DNA of 32,579 nt from a bacterium (GCA_046758365.1 JBHIAC010000023.1:1-32579); one strand, 5' to 3'. Numbered from the stretch's first letter, positions 8,445 through 18,678 are shown. Notes: generated by a model from the sequence alone, not told the origin. A program made the numbers and translations.

Positions 8445-8547
8445 GGTAACCTTGTAGTCTGAAGAATGCTTGTCATTTCAAATAAGTACATCTCTACTTG
8501 CGGTATAACTTCTATTTTATTTAACCTTTTTGATTTAAAACTTTTCC

Positions 8548-8712
8548 CTAAAATGAATCTGCTTCATCAATGAGCATGATGGGAATATCATCTTTAATGT
8601 CGTATTTAAGGCGACACTTATGACATATGAGCTTTTGATTCTCCTTATCATACTCTAAATCGCCTTTGCATTTTGGACAGGCTAATATGTCAAGAAGTTC
8701 TTTGTCCAGCAT
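8548..8712 (-). CDS. Trm112/YcaR (UPF0434) family protein, 54 aa
   Basis: Hand translation [54 protein letters not shown], with an AGGAG SD upstream. Below the ORF-track cutoff. Confidence 0.93.
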   Translation of the reverse strand: MLDKELLDILACPKCKGDLEYDKENQKLICHKCRLKYDIKDDIPIMLIDEADSF

Positions 8713-8755
8713 AGTCACTTCTCCTTATTTTAATTGATGTCTAAGATGGAATATA

Positions 8756-9712
8756 CTATTCTTTTAAAAAACCCATCTTTCCATATTTTTCAATTCGGGC
8801 TTCGATGAGTTGGTCAGAAGGAATTTTTTCCAACTCGTTTAATTCTAAATGAATGCTTTCCTTTAAAATTTTGGCTGCTTCATCATAGTTTTGATGAGCA
8901 CTTCCAAGTGGTTCTTTTATTATTTTATCAATGACTCCCATTTTCAGAAGATCGGGAGCGGTGAGCTTCATGGCTTCAGCAGCTTGTTCAGATTTGGTGC
9001 TGTCTCGCCATAGAATCGCTGCACATCCTTCTGGAGAAATAACTGAATACCAGGTATTTTCCATCATCAAAACCCGATCCCCCACACCAATACCCAAAGC
9101 CCCACCGGAAGCGCCCTCACCAATAATTACAATCACAATGGGAACAGGTAAATGAGACATTTCAAACAAGTTTCGAGCGATGGCTTCAGCTTGCCCCCTC
9201 TCTTCAGCTCCGATACCCGGAAAAGCACCCGGAGTATCAATTAGACTAATAATCGGACGATTAAATTTAGCGGCTAATTTCATGATTCGCATCGCCTTTC
9301 GATAGCCTTCTGGATGGGGCATACCAAAATTCCGGTGGAGTTTCTCTTTGGTCGTCCTTCCTTTTTGATGTCCAACAAAAATGACTTTTTCTCCATCCAT
9401 GATGCCTATGCCACCCACAATGGCTGGATCATCTCCAAAAGCGCGATCCCCATGAAGTTCTAAAAAGCTGCTGGTCATCCGCTCTATGTAGTCTAAAGTA
9501 TAGGGTCGTTGGGGATGCCGGGCCAATTGCACTCTCTGCCAGCGGGTCAATTTAGAGTAAATTTCAGCGCGAAGTTTTTCCGCTTTTTGTTCCAATCGCG
9601 CAATTTCCTCTGAGATTTCTACCTTCTCATTCTCTGAGTATTCCTTCATTTCTTTAATCCGCTTCTCAAGCTCTACAACAGGCTTTTCGAATTCTAAAAC
9701 AAATCCATTCAT
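8756..9712 (-). CDS. accA: Acetyl-CoA carboxylase carboxyltransferase subunit alpha
   Basis: [40 protein letters not shown] and [10 protein letters not shown] motifs. Confidence 0.98.
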   Translation of the reverse strand: MNGFVLEFEKPVVELEKRIKEMKEYSENEKVEISEEIARLEQKAEKLRAEIYSKLTRWQRVQLARHPQRPYTLDYIERMTSSFLELHGDRAFGDDPAIVGGIGIMDGEKVIFVGHQKGRTTKEKLHRNFGMPHPEGYRKAMRIMKLAAKFNRPIISLIDTPGAFPGIGAEERGQAEAIARNLFEMSHLPVPIVIVIIGEGASGGALGIGVGDRVLMMENTWYSVISPEGCAAILWRDSTKSEQAAEAMKLTAPDLLKMGVIDKIIKEPLGSAHQNYDEAAKILKESIHLELNELEKIPSDQLIEARIEKYGKMGFLKE

Positions 9713-9719
9713 AGTTAAC

Positions 9720-11879
9720 TTAAATTTTGAATAGTGCTTTAAAAATTATCTCTAAATCCAAAAGTGGGGAATAATTTTTCATATAATAAAGATGATACTT
9801 CTCTTTTTCGGCTTGGGTTAGAGGTCGATGGCTATTGACTTGCACCAAACCAGTTAATCCTGGCTTAAGGTACATTTCCATTTGCGGCGAAAATTTAGAG
9901 TTTTCTTCAACCTCTACAATTTCCCTTCCCACTAAGCTTAAATCACCTTTTAAAATTGACCAAAGATACGGAATTCTTTTGATAAAATTTGGACTATTAT
10001 CCGCAAATTCATAAAGAGCTATTGTTCTATTTTGTTCACCATAAACGATTCGCTTTTTTATTTTAACAGAAGTCAAAAATCTTTTATATAAAAAAATCGG
10101 TATGGATAAAATTAAACCACTAATTGCCAAAACAGCATCAAAAACTCTTTTAATAAATCTATGGCGACTTTGATAGAGTTTATATTCGATTTCCAAAAGC
10201 GGCATATCATCCATTCTTTCAATGGAAGCTTTACCAATAATTACTTCAAGATTACTGGGCACTAATTTAAAATTTACCCTTTGTTTTTTGGAACGTGAAA
10301 TAATCCCTAAGATTTGATCATAAGAAAGCCGATTGGTAGAAAATATAACCTCTTGAATTTTTTCTTCACAAATTATTGAATCTAAATCTTCTATGGTCCC
10401 TAACACTTTAAGGCTGTGGTAAGTTTGTCCTTGGTCTTTGCCATTTATACTTACAAGGCCAGCAATTCGATACCCCGCATCGATTTGCGAGTTAAATTTC
10501 TCAAGTAATTTTTCTCCTGAGGTAAAATCACCAACGATTACCGTTTTTCTTCCAAGGAGGGTTTTACCTAAAGTTCCTTTAAATGGCATTAAACTAAGAC
10601 GGGGTAAAAGCTTTATTACGAGTCTCCATCCAGGAATAACTATTAAACTTAGGACACTTGCTAACAGAACTACTAAGCGAGAAAAAGCATACTGCTTAAA
10701 GAAATAAGTCAGACTTGCATTGAATAAAAACCCGACCAAGATGGCTGATCCAGCTTTGGATGAGGAGAATTTATGTTTATGGTAACAGCCAAAAAGGCTG
10801 AGGGTTGCCATCCAAATTAAGGAATAAGCAATGTCAACCGGGATAAAAGAGCGCAAACGGGCAAAACTTTCAAATCTAATGTAAATGGCCAGAATTAATG
10901 AAAGTGTCAATAAAATCAAATCTGTTATAGGGACTGAGAGGGTCACGATAATCTTTTTCAAAAAAGAGAACCCAGCTCTGAGCCAGATGGCTACTAAAAG
11001 CAGCCAATAGGGTATTAAAAGATACTTCCGCTTGAAATGTTTTTGAACAAAAAGTGCCATGGCTTGATAAAAAACCTTGAGGTTGTCAAACTGGCTGCGT
11101 TTGGAACATTCACCTTTAAAATGAATAATTTGTGTTCCCGAGAAATAACGTACTTTCCAACCTTTTTCACGAATTCGGTAACACCAATCCAGATCCTCGC
11201 CATACAAAAAAAAGGATTCATCGAGATAACCGACCTCTTCTAATATTTTACGCTGAATCATCATAAAGGAACCGGATATGGCCTCTACTTCGTAAGTAAG
11301 ATTCGAGTCGAGATAGGATAAGTTGTATTTGCCAAAAATTTTGCTTTTAGGAAAAAGATGGCTTAACCCAATCATTTTGGTAAAGGCCACCCAAGGGGTC
11401 GGGTAACTTCTTCGACAGGCCAATTGTAAGGTTCCGTCCGGATTTAGAATCTTGCATCCTAACATTCCTGTATCAGGATGTTTTTTAGAAAAGTCCAGCA
11501 TGGTTGAAAAAGTATCTTCTTGAACGATGGTGTCTGGATTTAATAGAGCAAGATATTTACCCTTGGCCTTTCGCAGTCCCTGATTCGATGCTTTAGCAAA
11601 TCCAAGGTTCTTTGAATTCACTAACAGATGAACGTCTGGATACCGCTGCTGAATAAGTTGAGCACTTCCGTCTCGAGAGGCATTATCAACAACAATAATT
11701 TCAGAAGAAATTCCTCTCAAGGCTTTTTTAACAGAAATTAAGGCTTGTTCCAAAAATTCCTTAACATTATAATTTACAATAATAACTGAAAGCTCAATTT
11801 CCTGATGGTTGGAATTTGTGTGGTCTATATCGATTCTAGTTAATGGATTAGATATTTGAGTATTAGTTTTGCGGCTCAT
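9720..11879 (-). CDS. GT2 glycosyltransferase fused to TM helices, a CoA-binding-like domain and a bacterial sugar-transferase-like domain
   Basis: N-terminal IIVNYN, DNAS.DG, LLNPD and YGEDLDWC; hydrophobic middle; C-terminal [20 protein letters not shown] and LDLEI. Confidence 0.88.
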   Translation of the reverse strand: MSRKTNTQISNPLTRIDIDHTNSNHQEIELSVIIVNYNVKEFLEQALISVKKALRGISSEIIVVDNASRDGSAQLIQQRYPDVHLLVNSKNLGFAKASNQGLRKAKGKYLALLNPDTIVQEDTFSTMLDFSKKHPDTGMLGCKILNPDGTLQLACRRSYPTPWVAFTKMIGLSHLFPKSKIFGKYNLSYLDSNLTYEVEAISGSFMMIQRKILEEVGYLDESFFLYGEDLDWCYRIREKGWKVRYFSGTQIIHFKGECSKRSQFDNLKVFYQAMALFVQKHFKRKYLLIPYWLLLVAIWLRAGFSFLKKIIVTLSVPITDLILLTLSLILAIYIRFESFARLRSFIPVDIAYSLIWMATLSLFGCYHKHKFSSSKAGSAILVGFLFNASLTYFFKQYAFSRLVVLLASVLSLIVIPGWRLVIKLLPRLSLMPFKGTLGKTLLGRKTVIVGDFTSGEKLLEKFNSQIDAGYRIAGLVSINGKDQGQTYHSLKVLGTIEDLDSIICEEKIQEVIFSTNRLSYDQILGIISRSKKQRVNFKLVPSNLEVIIGKASIERMDDMPLLEIEYKLYQSRHRFIKRVFDAVLAISGLILSIPIFLYKRFLTSVKIKKRIVYGEQNRTIALYEFADNSPNFIKRIPYLWSILKGDLSLVGREIVEVEENSKFSPQMEMYLKPGLTGLVQVNSHRPLTQAEKEKYHLYYMKNYSPLLDLEIIFKALFKI

Positions 11880-11882
11880 CTT

Positions 11883-12605
11883 CTAGTTTATTTTACCAAA
11901 TAGACTTAATAATCTAAGCTTCCAAACCATCCAGGCAGCTTCCCGCATGACTTTGCGTGACATTTTAGAGTTGCCTTTTATACGATCTACAAATATAATT
12001 GGAATTTCACAAATTTTAAAGTTTTTTTTCCAAGCTTTAAAATTAACTTCAATCTGGAAGGAATAACCATCGCTGGAAATATTATCTAAATCAATATTTT
12101 CTAAAACATCTCGCCTAAAACATTTAAAACCACTGGTACAATCTCGAAGGGGCAGGCCGGTAATCACACGAGTATACCAATTTGCGCCCAGACTTAACAA
12201 TAACCGCGATAAAGGCCAATTTATGACATTTACGCCTGTTATATATCGTGATCCAATGACGAGATCAAAGGATTTTGCTTTTTCTAAAAAATTAGGAATT
12301 TCATTGGGATCATGAGAAAGATCTGCATCCATCTCAAAAATATAATCAAAACTATTCTCAATAGCAAATTTAAATCCTTCTACATAGGCTGTTCCGAGAC
12401 CTAACTTACCCGATCTTTGAATCAAATTAATACGTGAATCAGACTTACAGATTTTTGTAACAATCTTGCCGGTTTGGTCCGGTGAATTGTCATCAACGAC
12501 TAAAATAAAAATATTAGGAATATCTAAGTCGAAAATCTTGGAAATAATAATTTCAATGTTTTCGGCTTCATTGTAAGTTGGTATGATTATTAGAATTTTA
12601 TTCAT
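11883..12605 (-). CDS. Polyprenol-monophosphomannose synthase (DPM1/Ppm1-like GT2)
   Basis: IPTYNE, VDDNSPD, KLGLGTAY, MDADLSH, GSRY, DCTSGF and GYSFQIE motifs. Confidence 0.92.
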   Translation of the reverse strand: MNKILIIIPTYNEAENIEIIISKIFDLDIPNIFILVVDDNSPDQTGKIVTKICKSDSRINLIQRSGKLGLGTAYVEGFKFAIENSFDYIFEMDADLSHDPNEIPNFLEKAKSFDLVIGSRYITGVNVINWPLSRLLLSLGANWYTRVITGLPLRDCTSGFKCFRRDVLENIDLDNISSDGYSFQIEVNFKAWKKNFKICEIPIIFVDRIKGNSKMSRKVMREAAWMVWKLRLLSLFGKIN

Positions 12606-12643
12606 CCTTGAAGGTTTTGTCTTTGAACATTTGACATTAGCAT

Positions 12644-12718
12644 AAAAAGCTAACCTTCACATAAATAAATGTTTAGTCTGGATCTATCTAATATTAAAAG
12701 AAGGTTAGCTTTTGAATT
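12644..12718. repeat. Dispersed MITE-like inverted-repeat element, copy 2
   Basis: Perfect 14-bp arms AAAAGCTAACCTTC (12645-12658) and GAAGGTTAGCTTTT (12700-12713). Its reverse complement matches 1734-1835 in both arms and part of the interior. Confidence 0.8.
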
Positions 12719-12723
12719 ACAGT

Positions 12724-13647
12724 TCATTTTGAAGATAATTCTAACTGACATTTGAAAGTTTTTAATCCCGCTTTGACGTCCTTCATCTCTATATCAAGTT
12801 CTTTTTTAGCTTTTTTTGTAATAAAGCTCGAGTTTAAAGGACGAGGAGCTTTTTGTTTCAAATCAATCGTCCCGATTGGTTTAATGAGATTTGTGTCAAA
12901 ACCAAACACTTCAGCTAACTTTAAAGCGAAATGGTAGCGGTCAATACATTCTGAGCCCACAATGTGATAGAGGCCTGTTTTTCTTAATTCCACGATTTTT
13001 CGAATGGCTAGAGCTAAATCATCAGCTAAGGTGGGGTGACCCATTTGATCATCTACAATGGTTACTAGCTCCCCTTTCGATAACTTTTCAACCAACCAGG
13101 TGGCAAAATTTAGTCGGATATTTTTGCCAATGCCGTAAAGTATCATCGTTCGTACAATGGTATAATCAATACCACTAATAATGAGTGCATTTTCACCAGC
13201 CAATTTAGAACGACCATAATAGCCTAAAGGGTTAGGTTTGGATTCTTCTGAATAATCACCTTTCACGCCATCAAATACATAATCGGTAGAGATATAAATA
13301 AGTAATGCGCCAACGCTTCTTCCTGCCTGGGCTAAATTCTTTATACCAGTTACATTCACTTTCCAGCAATCTTCTTTTTCTTCTTCACATCCATCAACGT
13401 CGGTGTAAGCAGCAGCATTAATGATAAAATTTGGCTTAAAGGTGCGAATGATTTCTTGCACATCTTTCCTTTTAGTTATATCACAAGGTGTGTATTGAAA
13501 TTCATCTAATTTAAAAGCTGGACTCTTTTTTAGATCGATTCCCAAAATTTCATAACTATCAATAAAAGTTGCAACAAGCTTCTGACCGAGCAATCCATTG
13601 GATCCAGCAATTAAGATTTTATTTTTTAATAGTTTTAAATTTGCCAT
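12724..13647 (-). CDS. rmlD: dTDP-4-dehydrorhamnose reductase family protein (second copy)
   Basis: GSNGLLG, AAAYTDVD, STDYVFDG, YGRSK, DQ.G.PT and APRP motifs. Confidence 0.9.
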   Translation of the reverse strand: MANLKLLKNKILIAGSNGLLGQKLVATFIDSYEILGIDLKKSPAFKLDEFQYTPCDITKRKDVQEIIRTFKPNFIINAAAYTDVDGCEEEKEDCWKVNVTGIKNLAQAGRSVGALLIYISTDYVFDGVKGDYSEESKPNPLGYYGRSKLAGENALIISGIDYTIVRTMILYGIGKNIRLNFATWLVEKLSKGELVTIVDDQMGHPTLADDLALAIRKIVELRKTGLYHIVGSECIDRYHFALKLAEVFGFDTNLIKPIGTIDLKQKAPRPLNSSFITKKAKKELDIEMKDVKAGLKTFKCQLELSSK

Positions 13648-14596
13648 AGAATTTAAATTTTAGTTTGTTACCCTGAAGTAACTCCTGAATTTCCTTTATT
13701 CCAGAACTTCCAACGAATGTGCAGTTTCTTCCGGCTACTTTATTGGCAAATTTTGTAGCTTCAATCACATCCTTGGTGGATAAATAGTTCACTAAAAAAC
13801 CTGCAGCGAAGGCATCACCACAACCAATCATATCAACAATGGGGGCAATCTGTTCTGCTTTAAATCTTTTCACTTGTACTCGGTTATTGATTTTAAAAAA
13901 ACCATAAGAACCCTTTTCTGCAAGCGTAATATGGCATATAAAAGGGTGTTTTTGCAAAATTTCTTTTCCAAAATTTAAAAGTATTTCTTTCGGTAAAGCT
14001 CTTGAATATCCGGCTAATGTCCGAGCCTCCATTTCATTCAATTGGAGAACATCGGCTAAATTAATCCATTCTTCCCAGTCTTTGGGACGCTGATAGAATC
14101 TTTTACCCTCTGGACTAATTCCTAATGCATGAGAATGAAAATCCAGATAAATTAAACTATTTGATTGTTGACGGAATTTTTTTAAGGACATTAAATCAAC
14201 ATCAGCTCCAGTAATCAAGTTGACTTCGATGGCATGAGCATCTTCTAAAAGGGATAATTCTTCATAACCTAATGCAGGCATGGGTGGAGTGGTGATTTCT
14301 TCCCGATCTTGAGGAGATGTGTATGTTAGCGTGACTTGGGTGTTTTGCCGAGGTAAAATTTTAATTCCACTAAATCGGACATTATCATAAACTGCGAGCT
14401 GCTCAACGACTTCATCATAAAAATCTTCTCCCACAAAGCAAACCGGGCAGATTTCCGCTGAGCTATCCAGAAGATTAGCCAGAAAAGAAACGGTAAAAAA
14501 AATGCCACCTATGCTTTCTACTGGCTTGCCTTTTAGTTTGCCTTCCCAGGGTAAAATTCTATCACGAATAAATGTTCCAACAACGCCTATTTTCAT
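13619..14596 (-). CDS. PfkB/ribokinase family carbohydrate or nucleoside kinase
   Basis: NEMEA and D.IGCGDAFAAGF PfkB signature. Confidence 0.85.
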   Translation of the reverse strand: MKIGVVGTFIRDRILPWEGKLKGKPVESIGGIFFTVSFLANLLDSSAEICPVCFVGEDFYDEVVEQLAVYDNVRFSGIKILPRQNTQVTLTYTSPQDREEITTPPMPALGYEELSLLEDAHAIEVNLITGADVDLMSLKKFRQQSNSLIYLDFHSHALGISPEGKRFYQRPKDWEEWINLADVLQLNEMEARTLAGYSRALPKEILLNFGKEILQKHPFICHITLAEKGSYGFFKINNRVQVKRFKAEQIAPIVDMIGCGDAFAAGFLVNYLSTKDVIEATKFANKVAGRNCTFVGSSGIKEIQELLQGNKLKFKFYGKFKTIKK

Positions 14597-14631
14597 CGGT
14601 TGTTAGTTGTTAGAGATTAGTTATTTGTTTT

Positions 14632-15945
14632 TTAAGAATATGGATAAAATATAAAAAACAGTAAGGACAGCCCTGCCAAAACCCACAAACCAGGGCTAAC
14701 TTCATTTTTTCTTCCAGCTACGATTTTAAAAATCGGATAAAGTACGAAACCGGCAGTAATTCCAATTCCAATGTTATAGGTAAAACTCATCAAAATAATC
14801 ACCGCCAATGCCGGGAAAAGTTCAGTATAATCATCGAGCTTAACCTTAGTGATAGATGTCACCATTAGATAACCAACCACTATTAGAGCAGGTCCGTAGG
14901 CTTGAGGCGGCACTCTTGTTAGGAAATCAGAAAAAAATAGAGCTAATAGAAACAAACAAGCTACGACTACGGCTGTGAACCCGGTTCGACCCCCTGCTTC
15001 GACTCCGGAAGCAGATTCTATAAAAGCACCTGCGGTGGTAGTTCCAACGAGGGCAGCGAATGTCGTAGATATCGCATCGGCCATCATTGGTTTTTCAATC
15101 TCGGGTAAATGGCCTTTTTTATCCAAATAGCCAGCTCTGGAGGAAACGCCGATAAGGGTTCCCATGGTATCCACAAAAGCCATAACAAACACGGTCAGTA
15201 CCACCGCAAAGAATCCCCAACTGAAGGCGCCATTAATATCTAACTCGAAAAAAATTGGAGTTATACTCGGAGGTAAACTCAGCCAATCCTTAGGGGGTTC
15301 GGCAAGCTTGAGTAAAAATGATAAGAATGTGATCGCTAAAATTCCCAAAAAAATCGCACCTGGGACTTTTCGCAGCATTAAGATTGAGATTAAAAGAAAT
15401 CCGAGAATTGATACCAACACAGAAAGACTCGTTACATCTCCGATTTTAACCGGCGCGTCGGGAATGCCAAGTACTACAATTCCTGTGTTGTTTAACCCAA
15501 TAAACGTTAAGAACAATCCAATGCCAACAGCAAAGCTGTAACGCAGACCTTCGGGTACAGATTCAACTAGCCATTTTCTTAAACGAAAGGCAGTTAAAAG
15601 AATAAACAAAACTCCGCCAATAAAAACAGCACCCAGAGCTTTCTGCCAACTATAGCCTAAAACAACAACCACCGTGTAGGCGATAAATGCATTTTCACCC
15701 ATATAAGGCGCGATAGCAAACGGACGTTTGGCGTAAAGCCCCATAAGTAAAGTGCCAACTACGGCAGTAAGTACGGTGGCCACCATAGATGGGCCAACCG
15801 GAATGCCAGCCGCTTCTAATACTTTCGGATTAACCACAATGATATACGACATGGTCATAAAAGTAGTAATCCCAGCGATAATTTCATTTCTAAAATTTGT
15901 TTGATATTTTTCGAACTCGAAATATTCTTTAATTTTAGTTGTCAA
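14632..15945 (-). CDS. NCS2/AzgA family purine permease
   Basis: EIIAGITTFMTMSYII.VNP, APYMGENAF, DTMGTL and IESASGV.AGGRTG motifs. Start reassigned to TTG at 15945 behind GAGGT; the ORF track starts at 15975. Confidence 0.92.
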   Translation of the reverse strand: MTTKIKEYFEFEKYQTNFRNEIIAGITTFMTMSYIIVVNPKVLEAAGIPVGPSMVATVLTAVVGTLLMGLYAKRPFAIAPYMGENAFIAYTVVVVLGYSWQKALGAVFIGGVLFILLTAFRLRKWLVESVPEGLRYSFAVGIGLFLTFIGLNNTGIVVLGIPDAPVKIGDVTSLSVLVSILGFLLISILMLRKVPGAIFLGILAITFLSFLLKLAEPPKDWLSLPPSITPIFFELDINGAFSWGFFAVVLTVFVMAFVDTMGTLIGVSSRAGYLDKKGHLPEIEKPMMADAISTTFAALVGTTTAGAFIESASGVEAGGRTGFTAVVVACLFLLALFFSDFLTRVPPQAYGPALIVVGYLMVTSITKVKLDDYTELFPALAVIILMSFTYNIGIGITAGFVLYPIFKIVAGRKNEVSPGLWVLAGLSLLFFIFYPYS

Positions 15946-15950
15946 TTCTA

Positions 15951-16177
15951 CCTCACTTGGACAAGCCAGAGCCAAACAGATTTTAAAATTTTAAATCACA
16001 AAGTACAAATAACAAATTACAAATAAATTCAAAATCCCAATGACTAAATAACCAAAACTATTGTGATTTTGCAATAATTGACGACAAAATTATTGAAATT
16101 ATTTTGCCCGAAATTATTTTGTTAACTGAAAAACATAACAGCTTTTCCCTTTTTGGTTCCGGCTACGCCGGGTTAGG
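15951..16177. mobile_element. MITE-like element with degenerate 26-bp terminal inverted repeats
   Basis: CCTCACTTGGACAAGCCAGAGCCAAA (15951-15976) against TTTGGTTCCGGCTACGCCGGGTTAGG (16152-16177), 18/26 complementary. Confidence 0.6.
15993..16058 (+). repeat. Heptamer-periodic arm of the type flanking the four-helix-bundle gene (solo copy)
   Basis: AAATCAC AAAGTAC AAATAAC AAATTAC AAATAAATTCAAA...CAAAAC, same layout as 22868-22990 and 23334-23393. Confidence 0.65.
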
Positions 16178-16188
16178 ATACTATCTTT

Positions 16189-16662
16189 TCAAATACGACA
16201 GCCCTGTTGCTTGAATTTTTTCAGTTTTTCTTTCAATTCCGGATTTTCTAGTCCTAAAATTTGGACAGCCAGTACGGCTGCATTGGCTGCACCAGCAGTT
16301 CCAATGGATACTGTAGCTACAGGTACTCCTGAAGGCATTTGCACCATTGAGTACAGCGAATCTAATCCATTCAGGCTGGAATTAGGCATGGGCACCCCTA
16401 TTACAGGTAAAATTGTATAAGCGGCAATCACTCCCGGTAAATGAGCGGCCATACCCGCAATAGCTATTATTATTTTATAACCGTTTTTTTCTGCATTCTC
16501 AGCAAATTGAACCATTTCTTTAGGATTACGATGAGCCGAGATAATAAACTCATCAAAATGGATATTAAAATAATTGAAAAATTTTTTACATTCCACCACA
16601 GCAGTTTTATCAGATTTGCTGCCCATGACTACGGCCACCAGGGCATGCTTATTCGATGTCAT
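16189..16662 (-). CDS. purE: N5-CAIR mutase / AIR carboxylase
   Basis: VMGSKSD, SAHR.P, AGMAAHLPG, PVIGVP and SMVQMPSGVPVATV motifs. Confidence 0.97.
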   Translation of the reverse strand: MTSNKHALVAVVMGSKSDKTAVVECKKFFNYFNIHFDEFIISAHRNPKEMVQFAENAEKNGYKIIIAIAGMAAHLPGVIAAYTILPVIGVPMPNSSLNGLDSLYSMVQMPSGVPVATVSIGTAGAANAAVLAVQILGLENPELKEKLKKFKQQGCRI

Positions 16663-16663
16663 A

Positions 16664-17707
16664 TTATTTTCCTCCTAAATCAGCTTCCGGGATCTCCTCG
16701 GCTGTTTTAAAAGAATGAGCCATAATATCCATCTGTCGGAGATATGGTTCTTTATCACCGCCAGGAAAAAAAACCGCGATATCTATCATATAAATTCTCT
16801 GAGATGCGATGTCATAAAAACTGTAATTTCGGAAAGGCCCGCCAGCAACCTTTTCATCGTTTTCCCACAACCCTTCTAACATAACCGCGGGTCTCCCTAA
16901 GAATTTAATTTGTTTTGAATGGGTGTACTCCTCATTTATTTTGTCATTCTCATAAAATTTTGTTGTCAATCTGTTTCTAGTCTTAATCGCCCACTCTTCA
17001 CTGATGTCCTTCGGATCGCCTTCATCAATCCAATGGACAAATAGCCAGCGCTCACGTCCTGGTAAGCTTCTCCGCAGCATAATAAAACGATTCTGCGGCC
17101 TTTCAATATTGACTATATAATCATGCTGAACACGTATTGTCCAGCCGTATTTATTTAACAATTTTTTTTCTAATTCAATTTGCTCAAGTTGATTAAACAT
17201 CTGTTCAGTGGTTTTTTCTATGAGCTTATTCTTGAAAAGGTTGTATAAAAATTCTTTGTTTTCCATTAACTTCTCACGCAACTCAGGAAGGGTATTACTA
17301 ACCAAAACTACCAATAATTGTTCATTAGCCCAGGGATCGTTTTTGGGAAAAACAAATGCCGTACCTGCTTTCACTCGTTCTCTCACTTCTGGAGACAACA
17401 TATTTTCAATTTTTTGGGTCAGCTCGCCTTGGGCGTTTAGGGTTCCTAATATGATAAGATTTTTTCTGGTGGCATATTCACTGAAATTCGCCGGAGACAC
17501 CCAATGAACCGCAAATACTTTTTCTGGTTGAGGTGTGTGAATGAATCTTTCAAACACATCTTTTAAAGTAGATTCAAGAAATTGCCAATCCTTGGGGTCC
17601 GCAATAATGCAAAGTTCCGTTTCTTCCCCAATACTTATTGGCTTTCCAAAACAACCTACTAATATAAAACAAACGCTAAAAATCTTAATAGTTTTTACTA
17701 AATTCAT
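16664..17707 (-). CDS. DUF4837-like lipoprotein
   Basis: Lipobox-like LVGC; TPQPE, D.WA..Q, GLWE....GGPF and F.PG..K...RQ pattern recalled for DUF4837. Confidence 0.7.
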   Translation of the reverse strand: MNLVKTIKIFSVCFILVGCFGKPISIGEETELCIIADPKDWQFLESTLKDVFERFIHTPQPEKVFAVHWVSPANFSEYATRKNLIILGTLNAQGELTQKIENMLSPEVRERVKAGTAFVFPKNDPWANEQLLVVLVSNTLPELREKLMENKEFLYNLFKNKLIEKTTEQMFNQLEQIELEKKLLNKYGWTIRVQHDYIVNIERPQNRFIMLRRSLPGRERWLFVHWIDEGDPKDISEEWAIKTRNRLTTKFYENDKINEEYTHSKQIKFLGRPAVMLEGLWENDEKVAGGPFRNYSFYDIASQRIYMIDIAVFFPGGDKEPYLRQMDIMAHSFKTAEEIPEADLGGK

Positions 17708-18678
17708 TTTTCTACTCTTTGTTTTTGAATAAAATAAAGTATTGAAGAACCAAGTCTATTTTTCTTATTTAAATATCTGGAACTTTTTATAATCGATATC
17801 AAAGCAATGCCAATAGCACGCAAAAGAAAAAAGGGTTGTAGAATTTTTAACTTGGCATATTTTGTTAAAATCAAAAGTTCACTCATCAAGCAGTTGTAAA
17901 ATGCATCTAATGGCATTTGTTGAAAGTTAAAAATTTCCAGTTCTGCCGCCTCACTAAAAACCGTCAAACTTTTGGGCACAAAATGTTGTAGATGTCTTGG
18001 TGCATCTAAAGCTACCCAATTATCACGATAAAAATTCGCATCAAAACTAACTACATTAGGCGCAGCGATTAAAAGGAATCCATCATCCTCAAGTATTTTT
18101 TTCACTATATTCAACGTATCCAATGGTTGAAATAGATGTTCTAATACATGCCACATGGTTATAATATCAAATTTCTTTTTTAATATCGTAAGTTCATTTA
18201 AATCATCGGTTGACACTTTTAAGCCGTACTCTTTCTGAGCAAATTCTGCTGCCCGTTGATCTTTTTCGATTCCCTCTACTTCCCAGCCGTGCCGTTTCAT
18301 CTCATGCAAAAATTCACCAGTACCACAGCCAATGTCTAATATTTTACCCTTTGTTTTCAACTTTTCAATTTTGCGACGCTTCCAACGTACTGAATAGTTT
18401 CTAAGCCAGCGATAAATGATATCCCAAATGTTCAAAGACGCCTTAGTTGATAAAAAAGGTTGATAAGCTCCATTTGTGTAAAACTCAGAAATAAATTCAG
18501 CCATTGGCCTTGGATTTAAATAAATAAATTGACAATTCAAACAGATTACTATATGGTAATCAATTCCTGAATCTAAGTTAAATCTATCTGGAGCTTTGAA
18601 CTTTGGTTGATTTCTATGACTGCCACAAAGAGGACAATTGATTGATTCAAATTTTGTTTCCAATTTAAGGATCTTCAT
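17704..18678 (-). CDS. Class I SAM-dependent methyltransferase with N-terminal CxxC...CxxC
   Basis: CPLC/CLNC, LDIGCGTG, WHVLEH and D.PRHL motifs. Confidence 0.9.
   Translation of the reverse strand: MKILKLETKFESINCPLCGSHRNQPKFKAPDRFNLDSGIDYHIVICLNCQFIYLNPRPMAEFISEFYTNGAYQPFLSTKASLNIWDIIYRWLRNYSVRWKRRKIEKLKTKGKILDIGCGTGEFLHEMKRHGWEVEGIEKDQRAAEFAQKEYGLKVSTDDLNELTILKKKFDIITMWHVLEHLFQPLDTLNIVKKILEDDGFLLIAAPNVVSFDANFYRDNWVALDAPRHLQHFVPKSLTVFSEAAELEIFNFQQMPLDAFYNCLMSELLILTKYAKLKILQPFFLLRAIGIALISIIKSSRYLNKKNRLGSSILYFIQKQRVEK

Larger units (their letters stand above)
4525..8508 (-). mobile_element. Putative solo integron gene cassette carrying the kinase-FGE-hydrolase and RAYT genes
   Basis: Begins at G|TTATAC(CGC) (8509-8500, minus strand), complementary at 9/10 positions to the (GCT)GTATAAC R'' of the attC at 4519-4647. 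It interrupts a co-oriented trm112-GT2 gene run. Confidence 0.6.

Noticed and set aside
15946..16188. Purine riboswitch ahead of the NCS2 permease
   Set aside because: No recognisable aptamer core; the gap is explained by the TIR element.
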